Assembly (NCBI GenBank): GCA_964016885.1
Contig: OZ024740.1
Coordinates: 5,394,001-5,458,000, forward strand
Direction: 5' to 3'
Origin: Eledone cirrhosa
Taxonomy: Eukaryota
Length of the DNA: 64,000 nucleotides
Part shown: positions 51,075 to 64,000 of the stretch, piece by piece
Position numbering within the stretch: position 1 is the first letter of the stretch
Layout of the letters: the number at the start of each line of letters is the position of its first letter
Notes under the pieces: model-generated
What the model saw: only the letters and a program-made list of their open reading frames with translations
Told to the model about the DNA's origin: nothing
Databases searched by the model: none
Position numbers and translations under genes: made by a program

Positions 51075-51845
51075 TAAATATAAATTTAGCGAGCTCGCAT
51101 TTCGGCGAGTAGAAATTAGTGAAACGCAATTTCCGAATTGTGTTGGCAAGCGCTCAATGGATATGAAGATACCAGAGCTATAAACATAAGTTAAAAAGGC
51201 CATACAAAACTGAGACGATGGTTAAGAAGCCATTAACCACCTAAGCCAAAAAAGCGAGTAAGCTAAGCGGGTCAAACAAAATAAGATATGATTGAAATAT
51301 TTACCCAGACCCTCGGAAATGATGGTAAAATCCGATATAGGGTTGCTGTGACACCTAAATCCTGTCTGCTTATAAAAAATAATAAGCTTTTGGTATAATG
51401 ATCGAACAAGGATATCACTTTCTCAACAGGCATTTTGTTCTGCGTGCGCCAGGATCTCACAGTGTTCAAAAGGATATGTGAACTCCAAAGGGGAGAAAAC
51501 CCTTAGCTTTGGCAAATGAATTCAGTATGTGTAGTCATTGCAAAAATTTGCAAAAATAGCACAAAACGAATTAAGCTCTCGACCGAGAAGTTTTTAAAAT
51601 AAACTTAAGCGATTAATCAGTCAATAGAATTAACTAAAAAAATCAAAGAACTGGTTAATTGCTAGACTTGGGAGATTAATACAAATATAAATTTAGCGAG
51701 AATCGCATTTCGGCGAGTAGAAATTAGCGAAACGCAACTTCCGAATTGTGTTGGCAAGCGCTCATTCGGCAATATATGACCATCCCCAAGTGTAACAATA
51801 TTTGTTTCGACGCACGATTTCATATTAAAAACCTTGCAAAGCAAA
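51075..51845. mobile_element. Short element with ~85-bp direct repeats and a pLTR-family end
   Basis: 51075-51156 repeats at ~51682-51764; 51775-51818 is similar to the reverse complement of 1252-1297. Confidence 0.5.
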
Positions 51846-51850
51846 TATAT

Positions 51851-52195
51851 ATCATCATCATTTCATCATCATCATTTTACGTCCGCTTTTCCCTGCTTGC
51901 AAGGGTGGGACGGGAACAGATTCTGGCATGATTTCTGAAGCTAGATGCCCTTCCTAACACCAACCTCATTTACAGTGAGTGCTGGGTGCTTTTTTGCCAT
52001 GGCACCTCCACGACCAATTTGCAGTGAAATGATAGGGACCCCAGTCCTTATCATCTCATTTCTACAGCTAAGTAAACTGGAACAATCTGAAATTAAGTGT
52101 CCTGCTCAAGGAAACAACACATCACCCGGCCTGAGAATTGAACTCACAACCTTTCGATTGTAAGGCCAATGCTCTAACCACTAAGCCACGTGCTT
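51851..52195 (-). mobile_element. SINE A, near full length
   Basis: tRNA head at 52195, core, RTE-like tail and (GAT)n at 51851-51875. Confidence 0.85.
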
Positions 52196-52206
52196 ATATA
52201 TATATA

Positions 52207-53085
52207 AGGTGACCGAATTAGCAACGGAGGTGGGTGCTCAGAAAGTACAATAACTAGGGTAAGAACGGGATGGAAGAAGTTTAGGGAACTACTACCACTG
52301 CTAGCTGCAAAAGGCTTCTCCCTCAGAATGAAAGGCAGACTGTATGATGCGTGTATCCGAACAGCGATGTTGCATGGTAGTGAGACCTGGGCGCTGAAGG
52401 TGGAAGACTTACGTAGATTAGAGAGAAACGAAGCCTGCATGCTCCGATGGATGTGTAACAGTAATATACGTGAACGACAAAGCATAAATGAATTGAGAGA
52501 GAGACTGAGCATAAGAGGAATCAAATGCTGCGTGCAGGAGAGGCGGTTACGCTGGTATGGACATGTGATGCGTATGAAGGATGACAGCTGCATAAAAAGG
52601 TGCAGAGCACTAGAAGTTGATGGAAACCGCGGAGTGGGGAGACCCAAGATGACTTGGGATGAGGTGATAAAAGCCGACCTTACCCAACTACACCTCTCAA
52701 AGTCAATGACACACGACCGTGACTTCTGGCGTCACGCAGTAATACAGGGTACCCGACCTCCCATGGGTACATGCTGAAGCATATAAACAATATGCCCCCC
52801 CCCCCCCCCCACCGCAAGGTGGTCGTGGAGGTGCCACGGCAAAAAAGCACCCAGCCCACACTGTAAAGTGGACGTGTAGGCGCCACGAAAAAGCACCCAG
52901 CACTCACTGTAAATGAGGTTGGTGTTAGGAAGGGCATCCAGCTGTAGAAATCAAGCCAGATCAGTTCCTGTATGAGCAAGGCATGGTCAGCCGACCAGAC
53001 ACTGCCCACAACAGGACAACCCGTCTAACCCATGCTAGCGTGGAAGAACGGACGTAAAACGGTGATGATGATGATGATGATGATA
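52207..53085 (+). mobile_element. RTE-clade LINE 3' end (C-terminus, 3' UTR, (GAT)n tail)
   Basis: ORF 52328-52777 has LHGSETW...RRLRWYGHV...GRPKMTW...DRDFWR; complete tail. Confidence 0.93.
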
Positions 53086-53122
53086 TATATAACTTTGTAT
53101 ATATATATATATATATACAAAG

Positions 53123-53714
<592 letters not shown>

Positions 53715-53729
53715 TATATATATATATAC

Positions 53730-53759
<30 letters not shown>

Positions 53760-53760
<1 letters not shown>

Positions 53761-56700
53761 AGCACCCAGTCCACACTGTAAGGTGGTCCTGTACGTGTTA
53801 TGACAATAAGCCCCCAGTCCACACTGTAAAGTGGTGATGTAGGTATCAAGACAATAAGCCCCCAGTGCACACTGTAAAGTGGTCATGTAGGTGTCATGAA
53901 AATAAGCCCCCAGTCCACACTGTAAAGTGTTCATGTAGGTGTCATGACAATAAGCCCCCAGTTTCACACTGTAAAGTGGTCATGTAGGCATCAAGAAAAT
54001 AATCCCCCAGTCCACACTATAAAGTGGTCATGTAGGCACCAAGACAATAAGCTCCCAGTCAACACTGTAAAGTGGTCATGTAGGTGTCAAGACAATAATC
54101 CCCCAGTCCACACTGTAAGGTGGTCCTGTAGGTGTCATGACAATAAGCCCCCAGTCCACACTGTAAAGTGGTCATGTAGGCATCAAGACAATAAGCTCCC
54201 AGTCCACACTGTAAAGTGGTCATGTAGGTGTCAAGACAATAAATCGCCTGTCCACACTGTAAAGTGGTCATGTAGGTGTCATGACAATAAACCCCCAATC
54301 CACGCTGTAAATTGGTCCTGTAGGTGTCATGACAATAAGCCCCCAGTCCACACTGTGAAGTGGTCATGTAGGCATCAAGACAATAAGGCCCCAGTCCACA
54401 CTGTAAAGTGGTCATGTAGGTGTCATGACGAGAATCCCCCGGTCCACACTGTAAAGTGTGTCATGACAATAAGCACCCAGTCCCCACTGTAAAGGTTTCA
54501 TGTAGGCATCATGACAATAAGCACCCAGTCCACACTGTAAAGTGGACATGTAGGTGTCATGACAATAAGCCCCCAGTCCACACTATAAAGTGGTCATGTA
54601 GGCACCAAGACAATAAGCTCCCAGTCAACACTGTAAAGTGGTCATGTAGGTGTCATGTCAATAAGCCCCCAGACCACACTGTAAAGTGGTCATGTAGGCA
54701 TCAAGACAATAAGCCCCCAGTCAACACTGTAAAGCGGTCATGTTGGCATCAAGACAATAAGCACCCAGTCCCCACTGTAAAGGTTTAATGTAGGCATCAT
54801 GACAATAAGCACCCAGTCCACACTGTAAAGTGGACATGTAGGTGTCATGACAATAAGCCCCCAGTCCACACTGTAAAGTGTTCATGTAGGTGTCATGACA
54901 ATAAGCCCCCAGTTTCACACTGTAAAGTGGTCATGTAGGCATCAAGAAAATAATCCCCCAGTCCACACTGTAATGTGGTCATGTAGGCAGCAAGACAATA
55001 AGCCGCCAGTCCACACTGTAAAGTGGTCATGTAGGTATCAAGACAAAAAGCCCCCAGTCCACACTGTAAAGTGGTCATGTAGGTATCAAGACAATAAGCC
55101 CCCAGTCCACACTATAAAGTGGTCATGTAGGCACCAAGACAATAAGCTCCCAGTCAACACTGTAAAGTGGTCATGTAGGTGTCAAGACAATAAGCCCCCA
55201 TTCCACACTGTAAAGTGGTCATGTAGGTATCAAGACAATAAGCCCCCAGTCCACACTATAAAGTGGTCATGTAGGCACCAAGACAATAAGCTCCCAGTCA
55301 ACACTGTAAAGTGGTCATGTAGGTGTCAAGACAATAAGCCCCCAGTCTACACTGTAAGGTGGTCATGTAGGTGTCAAGACAATAAGCCCCCAGTCCACAC
55401 TGTAAAGTGGTCATGTAGGTATCAAGACAATAAGCCCCCAGTCCACACTGTAAAGTGGTCATGTAGGCATCAAGACAATAAGCTCCCAGTCCACACTGTA
55501 AAGTGGTCATGTAGGTGTCAAGACAATAAATCGCCTGTCCACACTGTAAAGTGGTCATGTAGGTGTCATGACAATAAACCCCCAATCCACGCTGTAAATT
55601 GGTCCTGTAGGTGTCATGACAATAAGCCCCCAGTCCACACTGTGAAGTGGAAATGTAGGCATCAAGACAATAAGGCCCCAGTCCACACTGTAAAGTGGTC
55701 ATGTAGGTGTCATGACGATAATCCCCCAGTCCACACTGTAAAGTGGTCATGTAGGTGTCATGACAATAAGCACCCAGTCCCCACTGTAAAGGTTTCATGT
55801 AGGCATCATGACAATAAGCACCCAGTCCACACTGTAAAGTGGACATGTAGGTGTCATGACAATAAGCCCCCAGGCCACACTATAAAGTGGTCATGTAGGC
55901 ACCAAGACAATAAGCTCCCAGTCAACACTGTAAAGTGGTCATGTAGGTGTCATGTCAATAAGCCCCCAGACCACACTGTAAAGTGGTCATGTAGGCATCA
56001 AGACAATAAGCCCCCAGTGAACACTGTAAAGCGGTCATTTAGGCATCAAGACAATAAGCACCCAGTCCCCACTGTAAAGGTTTAATGTAGGCATCATGAC
56101 AATAAGCACCCAGTCCACACTGTAAAGTGATCATGTAGGTGTCATGACAATAAGCCCCCAGTTTCACACTGTAAAGTGGTCATGTAGGCATCAAGAAAAT
56201 ATCCCCCAGTCCACACTGTAATGTGGTCATGTAGGCAGCAAGACAATAAGCCGCCAGTCCACACTGTAAAGTGGTCATGTAGGTATCAAGACAAAAAGCC
56301 CCCAGTCCACACTGTAAAGTGGTCATGTAGGTATCAAGACAATAAGCCCCCAGTCCACACTATAAAGTGGTCATGTAGGCACCAAGACAATAAGCTCCCA
56401 GTCAACACTGTAAAGTGGTCATGTAGGTGTCAAGACAATAAGCCCCCATTCCACACTGTAAAGTGGTCATGTAGGTCCCATGACAATAATCCCCCAGTCC
56501 ACACTGTAAGGTGGTCCTGTAGGTGTCATGACAATAAGCCCCCAGTCCACACTGTAAAGTGGTCATGTAGGCATCAAGACAATAAGCTCCCAGTCCACAC
56601 TGTAAAGTGGTCATGTAGGTGTCAAGACAATAAATCGCCTGTCCACACTGTAAAGTGGTCATGTAGGTGTCATGACAATAAACCCCCAATCCACACTGTA

Positions 56701-59700
56701 AATTGGTCCTGTAGGTGTCATGACAATAAGCCCCCAGTCCACACTGTAAAGTGGTCATGTAGGCATCAAGACAATAAGCCCCCAGACCACACTGTAAATT
56801 GGTCATGTATGTGTCATGACAATAAGCCCCCAGTCCACACTGTGATGTGGAAATGTAGGCATCAAGACAATAAGGCCCCAGTCCACACTGTAAAGTGGTC
56901 ATGTAGGTGTCATGACAATAAGCCCCCAGTCCACACTGTAAAATGGTCATGTAGGTGTCAAGACAATAAGCCCCCAGTCCACACTGTAAAATGGTCATGT
57001 AGGTGTCATGACAATAAGCCCCCAGTCCACACTGTAAGGTGGTCCTGTAGGTGTCATGACAATAAGCCCCCAGTCCACACTGTAAAGTGGTCATGTATGT
57101 GTCATAACAATAAGCCCCCAGTCCACATTGTAAGGTGGTCCTGTAGGCATTAAGACAATAAGCTCCCAGTCCACACTGTAAAGTGGTCATGTAGGCATCA
57201 AGACAATCAGCCCCCAGTCCACACTGTAAAGTGGTCATGTAGGCATCAAGACAATAAGGCCCCAGTCCACACTGTAAAGTGGTCATGTAGGTGTCATGAC
57301 AATAAACCCCCAGTCCACACTGTAAGGTGGTCCTGAACGTATTATGACAATAAGCCCCCAGTCCACACTGTAAAGTGGTGATGTAGGTATCAAGACAATA
57401 AGTACCCAGTCCACACTGTAAATTGGACATGTAGGTGTCATGACAATAAGCACCCAGTCCACACTGTAAAGTGGTCATGTAGGTGTCATGAAAATAAGCC
57501 CCCAGTCCACACTGTAAAGTGTTCATGTAGGTGTCATGACAATAAGCCCCCAGTTTCACACTGTACAGTGGCCATGTAGGCATCAAGAAAATAATCCCCC
57601 AGTCAACACTGTAATGTGGTCATGTAGGTATCAAGACAAAAAGCCCCCAGTCCACACGGTAAAGTGGTCATGTAGGTATCAAGACAATAAGCCCCCAGTC
57701 CACACTATAAAGTGGTCATGTAGGCACCAAGACAATAAGCTCCCAGTCAACACTGTAAAGTGGTCATGTAGGTGTCATGTCAATAAGCCCCCAGACCACA
57801 CTGTAAAGTGGTCATGTAGGCATCAAGACAATAAGCCCCCAGTCAACACTGTAAAGCGGTCATGTAGGCATCAAGACAATAAGCCCCCAGTCCACACTGT
57901 AAAGTGGTCATGTAGGCATCAATACAATAATCCCCCAGTCCACACCGTAAAGTGGTCATGTAGGCACCAAGACAATAAGCTCCCAGTCCACACTGTAAAG
58001 TGGTCATGTAGGTGTCAAGACAATAAGCCCCCATTCCACACTGTAAAGTGGTCCTATGGGCATCAAGACAATAAGCCCCCAGTCGACACTGTAAAGTGGT
58101 CATGTAGGCATCAAGACAATAATCCCCCAGTCCATACTGTAATGTGGTCATGTAGGCATCAAGACAATAAGCCCGCAGTCCACACTGTACAGTGGTCATG
58201 TATGTGTCATGACAATAAGCACCCAGTCCACACTGTAAAGAGGTCATGTAGGCATCAAGACAATAAGCCCCCAGTCCACATTGTAAAGTGGTCATGTACG
58301 TGTCAAGACAATAAGCCCCCATTCCACACTGTAAAGTGGTCGTGTAGGTGTCATGACAATAAGACCCCAGTCCACACTGTAAGGTGGTTCTGTAAGTGTC
58401 ATGACAATAAGCCCCCAGTCCACACTCTAAAGTGGTCATGTAGGCATCAAGACAATAAGCCCCCAGTCCACACTGTAAAGTGGTCATGTAGGTGTAATGA
58501 CAATAAGCCCCCAGTCCACACTGTAAAGTGGTCATGTAGGTATCAAAACAATAATCCCCCAGTCCACACTGTAAAGTGGTTATGTATGTGTCATAACAAT
58601 AAGCCCCCAGTCCACATTGCTAGGTGGTCCTGTAGGAATTAAGACAATAAGCCACCAGTCCACACTGTAAAGTGGTCATGTAGGTGTCAAGACAATAAGC
58701 CCCCAGTGTCACACTGTAAAGTGCTCATGTAGGCATCAAGACAATAAGCCCCCAGTCCACACTGTAAAGTGGTCATGTAGGCATTACGACAATAAGCCCC
58801 CTGTGCCACACTGTAAAGTGGTCATGTAGGCATCAAGACAATAAGCCCACAGTCCACACTGTAAAGTGGTCATGTAGGCATCAAGACAATAAGCCCCCAG
58901 TCCACACTGTAAAGTGGTCATGTAGGCATCAAGACAATATTCCCCCAGTCCACACTGTAAAGTGGTCATGTAGGCATAAAGACAATAAGCCCCCAGTCCA
59001 CACTGTAAAGTGGTCATGTAGGCATTACGACAATAAGCCCCCAGTGCCACACTGTAAAGTGGTCATGTAGGCATCAAGACAATAAGCCCACAGTCCACAC
59101 TGTAAAGTGGTCATGTAGGCATCAAGACAATAAGCCCACAGTCCACACTGTAAAGTGGTCATGTAGGCATCAAGACAATAAGCCCCCAGTCCACACTGTA
59201 AAGTGGTCATGTAGGCATCAAGACAATAATCCCCCAGTCCACACTGTAAAGTGGTCATCTAGGCATAAAGACAATAAGCTCCCAGTCCACACTGTAATGT
59301 GGTCCTGTAAGTGTCATGACAATAAGCCCCCAGTCCACACTCTAAAGTGGTCATGTAGGCATCAAGACAATAATCCCCCAGTCCACACTGTAAAGTGGTC
59401 ATGTAGGTGTCATGTCAATAAGCCCCCATCCCACACTGTAAAGTGGTCATGTAGGCATCAAGACAAAAATCCCCCAGTCCACACTGTAAAGTGTTCATGT
59501 AGGCATCAAGACAATAAGACCCCTGACCACACTGTAAATTGTCATGTAGGTGTCAAGACAATAAGCCCCCAGTCCACACTGTGAAGTGGTCATGTAGGTG
59601 TCATGATAATAAGTTCCCAGTCCACATTGTAAGGTTGTCATGTAGGTGTCATGACAATAAGCCCCCAGTCCACATTCTAAAGTGGTCATGTAGGCATCAA

Positions 59701-62700
59701 GACAATAAGCCCCCAGTCCACAGTGTAAAGTGTTCATGTATGTGTCATAACAATAAGCCCCCAGTCCACACTGTAAGGTGGGCCTGTAGGCATTAAGACA
59801 ATAAGCCCCCAGTCCACACTGTAAAGTGGTCATGTAGACATCAAGACAATAATCCCCCAGTCCACACTGTAAAGTGGTCATGTAGGCATCAAGACAATAA
59901 GCCCCCAGTCCACACTGTAAAATGGTCATGTATGTGTCATGACGATAATCCCCCGGTCCACACTGTAAAGTGGTCATGTAGGTGTCATGACAATAAGCAC
60001 CCAGTCCCCACTGTAAAGGTTTCATGTAGGCATCATGACAATAAGCACCCAGTCCACACTGTAAAGTGGACATGTAGGTGTCATGACAATAAGCCCCCAG
60101 TCCACACTATAAAGTGGTCATGTAGGCACCAAGACAATAAGCTCCCAGTCAACACTGTAAAGTGGTCATGTAGGTGTCATGTCAATAAGCCCCCAGACCA
60201 CACTGTAAAGTGGTCATGTAGGCATCAAGACAATAAGCCCCCAGTCAACACTGTAAAGCGGTCATGTAGGCATCAAGACAATAAGCACCCAGTCCCCACT
60301 GTAAAGGTTTAATGTAGGCATCATGACAATAAGCACCCAGTCCACACTGTAAAGTGAACATGTAGGTGTCATGACAATAAGCCCCCAGTCCACACTCTAA
60401 AGTGTTCATGTAGGTGTCATGACAATAAGCCCCCAGTTTCACACTGTAAAGTGGTCATGTAGGCATCAAGAAAATAATCCCCCAGTCCACACTGTAATGT
60501 GGTCATGTAGGCAGCAAGACAATAAGCCGCCAGTCCACACTGTAAAGTGGTCATGTAGGTATCAAGACAATAAGCCCCCAGTCCACACTATAAAGTGGTC
60601 ATGTAGGCACCAAGACAATAAGCTCCCAGACAACACTGTAAAGTGGTCATGTAGGTGTCAAGACAATAAGCCCCCAGTCCACACTGTAAGGTGGTCCTGT
60701 AGGTGTCATGACAATAAGCCCCCAGTCCACACTGTAAAGTGGTCATGTAGGCATCAAGACAATAAGCTCCCAGTCCACACTGTAAAGTGGTCATGTAGGT
60801 GTCAAGACAATAAATCGCCTGTCCACACTGTAAAGTGGTCATGTAGGTGTCATGACAATAAACCCCCAATCCACGCTGTAAATTGGTCCTGTAGGTGTCA
60901 TGACAATAAGCCCCCAGTCCACACTGTGAAGTGGAAATGTAGGCATCAAGACAATAAGGCCCCAGTCCACACTGTAAAGTGGTCATGTAGGTGTCATGAC
61001 GATAATCCCCCGGTCCACACTGTAAAGTGGTCATGTAGGCATCATGACAATAAGCACCCAGTCCACACTGTAAAGTGGACATGTAGGTGTCATGACAATA
61101 AGCCCCCAGTCCACACTATAAAGTGGTCATGTAGGCACCAAGACAATAAGCTCCCAGTCAACACTGTAAAGTTGTCATGTAGGTGTCATGTCAATAAGCC
61201 CCCAGACCACACTGTAAAGTGGTCATGTAGGCATCAAGACAATAAGCCCCCAGTCAACACTGTAAAGCGGTCATGTAGCCATCAAGACAATAAGCACCCA
61301 GTCCCCACTGTAAAGGTTTAATGTAGGCATCATGACAATAAGCACCCAGTCCACACTGTAAAGTGTTCATGTAGGTGTCATGACAATAAGCCCCCAGTTT
61401 CACACTGTAAAGTGGTCATGTAGGCATCAAGAAAATAATCCCCCAGTCCACACTGTAATGTGGTCATGTAGGCAGCAAGACAATAAGCCGCCAGTCCACA
61501 CTGTAAAGTGGTCATGTAGGTATCAAGACAAAAAGCCCCCAGTCCACACTGTAAAGTGGTCATGTAGGTATCAAGACAATAAGCCCCCAGTCCACACTAT
61601 AAAGTGGTCATGTAGGCACCAAGACAATAAGCTCCCAGTCAACACTGTAAAGTGGTCATGTAGGTGTCAAGACAATATGCCCCCATTCCACACTGTAAAG
61701 TGGTCATGTAGGTGCCATGACAATAATCCCCCAGTCCACACTGTAAGGTGGTCCTGTAGGTGTCATGACAATAAGCCCCCAGTCCACACTGTAAAGTGGT
61801 CATGTAGGCATCAAGACAATAAGCCCCCAGACCACACTGTAAATTGGTCATGTATGTGGCATGACAATAAGCCCCCAGTCCACACTGTGATGTGGAAATG
61901 TAGGCATCAAGACAATAAGGCCCCAGTCCACACTGTAAAGTGGTCATGTAGGCGTCATGACGATAATCCCCCGGTCCACACTGTAAAGTGGTCATGTAGG
62001 TGTCATGACAATAAGCACCCAGTCCCCACTGTAAAGGTTTCATGTAGGCATCATGACAATAAGCACCCAGTCCACACTGTAAAGTGGACATGTAGGTGTC
62101 ATGACAATAAGCCCCCAGTCCTCACTATAAAGTGGTCATGTAGGCACCAAGACAATAAGCTCCCAGTCAACACTGTAAAGTGGTCATGTAGGTGTCATGT
62201 CAATAAGCCCCCAGACCACACTGTAAAGTGGTCATGTAGGCATCAAGACAATAAGCCCCCAGTCAACACTGTAAAGCGGTCATGTAGGCATCAAGACCTT
62301 AAGCACCCAGTCCCCACTGTAAAGGTTTAATGTAGGCATCATGACAATAAGCACCCAGTCCACACTGTAGTGTGGTCATGTAGGCATCAAGACAATAAGC
62401 CCCCAGTCCACACTGTAAAGTGGTCATGTAGGCATCAAGACAATAAGCTCCCAGTCCACACTGTAAAGTGGTCATGTAGGTGTCAAGACAATAAATCGCC
62501 TGTCCACACTGTAAAGTGGTCATGTAGGTGTCATGACAATAAACCCCCAATCCACGCTGTAAATTGGTCCTGTAGGTGTCATGACAATAAGCCCCCAGTC
62601 CACACTGTAAAGTGGTCATGTACGTGTCAAGACAATAAGCTCCCAGTCCACACTGTAAAGTGGTCATGTAGGTGTCATGACAATAAGCACCCAGTCCCCA

Positions 62701-64000
62701 CTGTAAAGGTTTCATGTAGGTATCAAGACAATAATCCCCCAGTCCACACCGTAAAGTGGTAATGTAGGCATCAAGACAATATTCGACCAGTCCACACTGT
62801 AAATTGGTCATGTAGGTGTCAAGACAATAAGCCCCCAGTCCACACTGTAAAATGGTCATGTAGGTGTCATGACAATAAGCCCCCAGTCCACACTGTAAGG
62901 TGGTCCTGTAGGTGTCATGACAATAAGCCCCCAGTCCACACTGTAAAGTGGTCATGTATGTGTCATAACAATAAGCCCCCAGTCCACATTGTAAGGTGGT
63001 CCTGTAGGCATTAAGACAATAAGCTCCCAGTCCACACTGTAAAGTGGTCATGTAGGCATCAAGACAATCAGCCCCCAGTCCACACTGTAAAGTGGTCATG
63101 TAGGCATCAAGACAATAAGGCCCCAGTCCACACTGTAAAGTGGTCATGTAGGTGTCATGACAATAAACCCCCAGTCCACACTGTAAGGTGGTCCTGAACG
63201 TGTTATGACAATAAGCCCCCAGTCCACACTGTAAAGTGGTGATGTAGGTATCAAGACAATAAGTACCCAGTCCACACTATAAATTGGACATGTAGGTGTC
63301 ATGACAATAAGCACCCAGTCCACACTGTAAAGTGGTCATGTAGGTGTCATGAAAATAAGCCCCCACTCCACACTGTAAAGTGTTCATGTAGGTGTCATGA
63401 CAATAAGCCCCCAGTTTCACACTGTACAGTGGTCATGTAGGCATCAAGAAAATAATCCCCCAGTCAACACTGTAATGTGGTCATGTAGGTATCAAGACAA
63501 AAAGCCCCCAGTCCACACTGTAAAGTGGTCATGTAGGTATCAAGACAATAAGCCCCCAGTCCACACTATAAAGTGGTCATGTAGGCACCAAGACAATAAG
63601 CTCCCAGTCAACACTGTAAAGTGGTCATGTAGGTGTCATGTCAATAAGCCCCCAGACCACACTGTAAAGTGGTCATGTAGGCATCAAGACAATAAGCCCC
63701 CAGTCAACACTGTAAAGCGGTCATGTAGGCATCAAGACAATAAGCCCCTAGTCCACACTGTAAAGTGGTCATGTAGGCATCAATACAATAATCCCCCAGT
63801 CCACACCGTAAAGTGGTCATGTAGGCACCAAGACAATAAGCTCCCAGTCCACACTGTAAAGTGGTCATGTAGGTGTCAAGACAATAAGCCCCCATTCCAC
63901 ACTGTAAGTGGTCCTATGGGCATCAAGACAATAAGCCCACAGTCCACACTGTAAAGTGGTCATATAGGCATCAAGACAATAAGCCCCCAGTCGACACTGT
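53760..64000. repeat. >10 kb satellite, 48-bp unit CCCAGTCCACACTGTAAAGTGGTCATGTAGGCATCAAGACAATAAGCC, derived from the RTE/SINE 3' UTR
   Basis: 16-codon periodicity; the unit matches aagcacccagcccacactgtaaagtggacgtgtaggcgccacgaaa at 52845-52890; runs off the window end. Confidence 0.97.

Noticed and set aside
53944-63954. Cys/His-periodic ORFs resembling zinc-finger or metal-binding repeat proteins
   Set aside because: The 48-bp unit derives from a retroposon UTR, both strands are open by chance, and stops and frameshifts are scattered.

Overview
AT-rich, repeat-saturated animal DNA with no recognisable host protein-coding gene. The SINE families, RTE LINEs with (GAT)n tails and long (TA)n runs resemble cephalopod (Octopus-like) genomes; this assignment is inference. 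The window holds four decayed RTE-clade LINE copies and an inverted pair of Penelope-like elements (RT + GIY-YIG). It also has fragments of CRE-, Tx1/L1-, R4/Dong- and CR1-type LINEs, two tRNA-derived SINE families, TTAA-flanked MITEs and several minisatellites. The largest arrays are a ~14 kb G/T-rich 52-bp array and a >10 kb 48-bp array derived from the RTE/SINE 3' UTR. The main unannotated signal, found by manual folding, is about 20 type-I hammerhead ribozyme motifs from roughly ten unrelated short families. These sit in (TA)n tracts as long palindromes, partial inverted repeats or tandem direct repeats (Penelope pseudo-LTR / retrozyme-like architecture). They include three independent U3:A8 core covariants, a CAGAAGA core seen in two copies and very long stem-II insertions. 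All long low-complexity ORFs are repeat artefacts.
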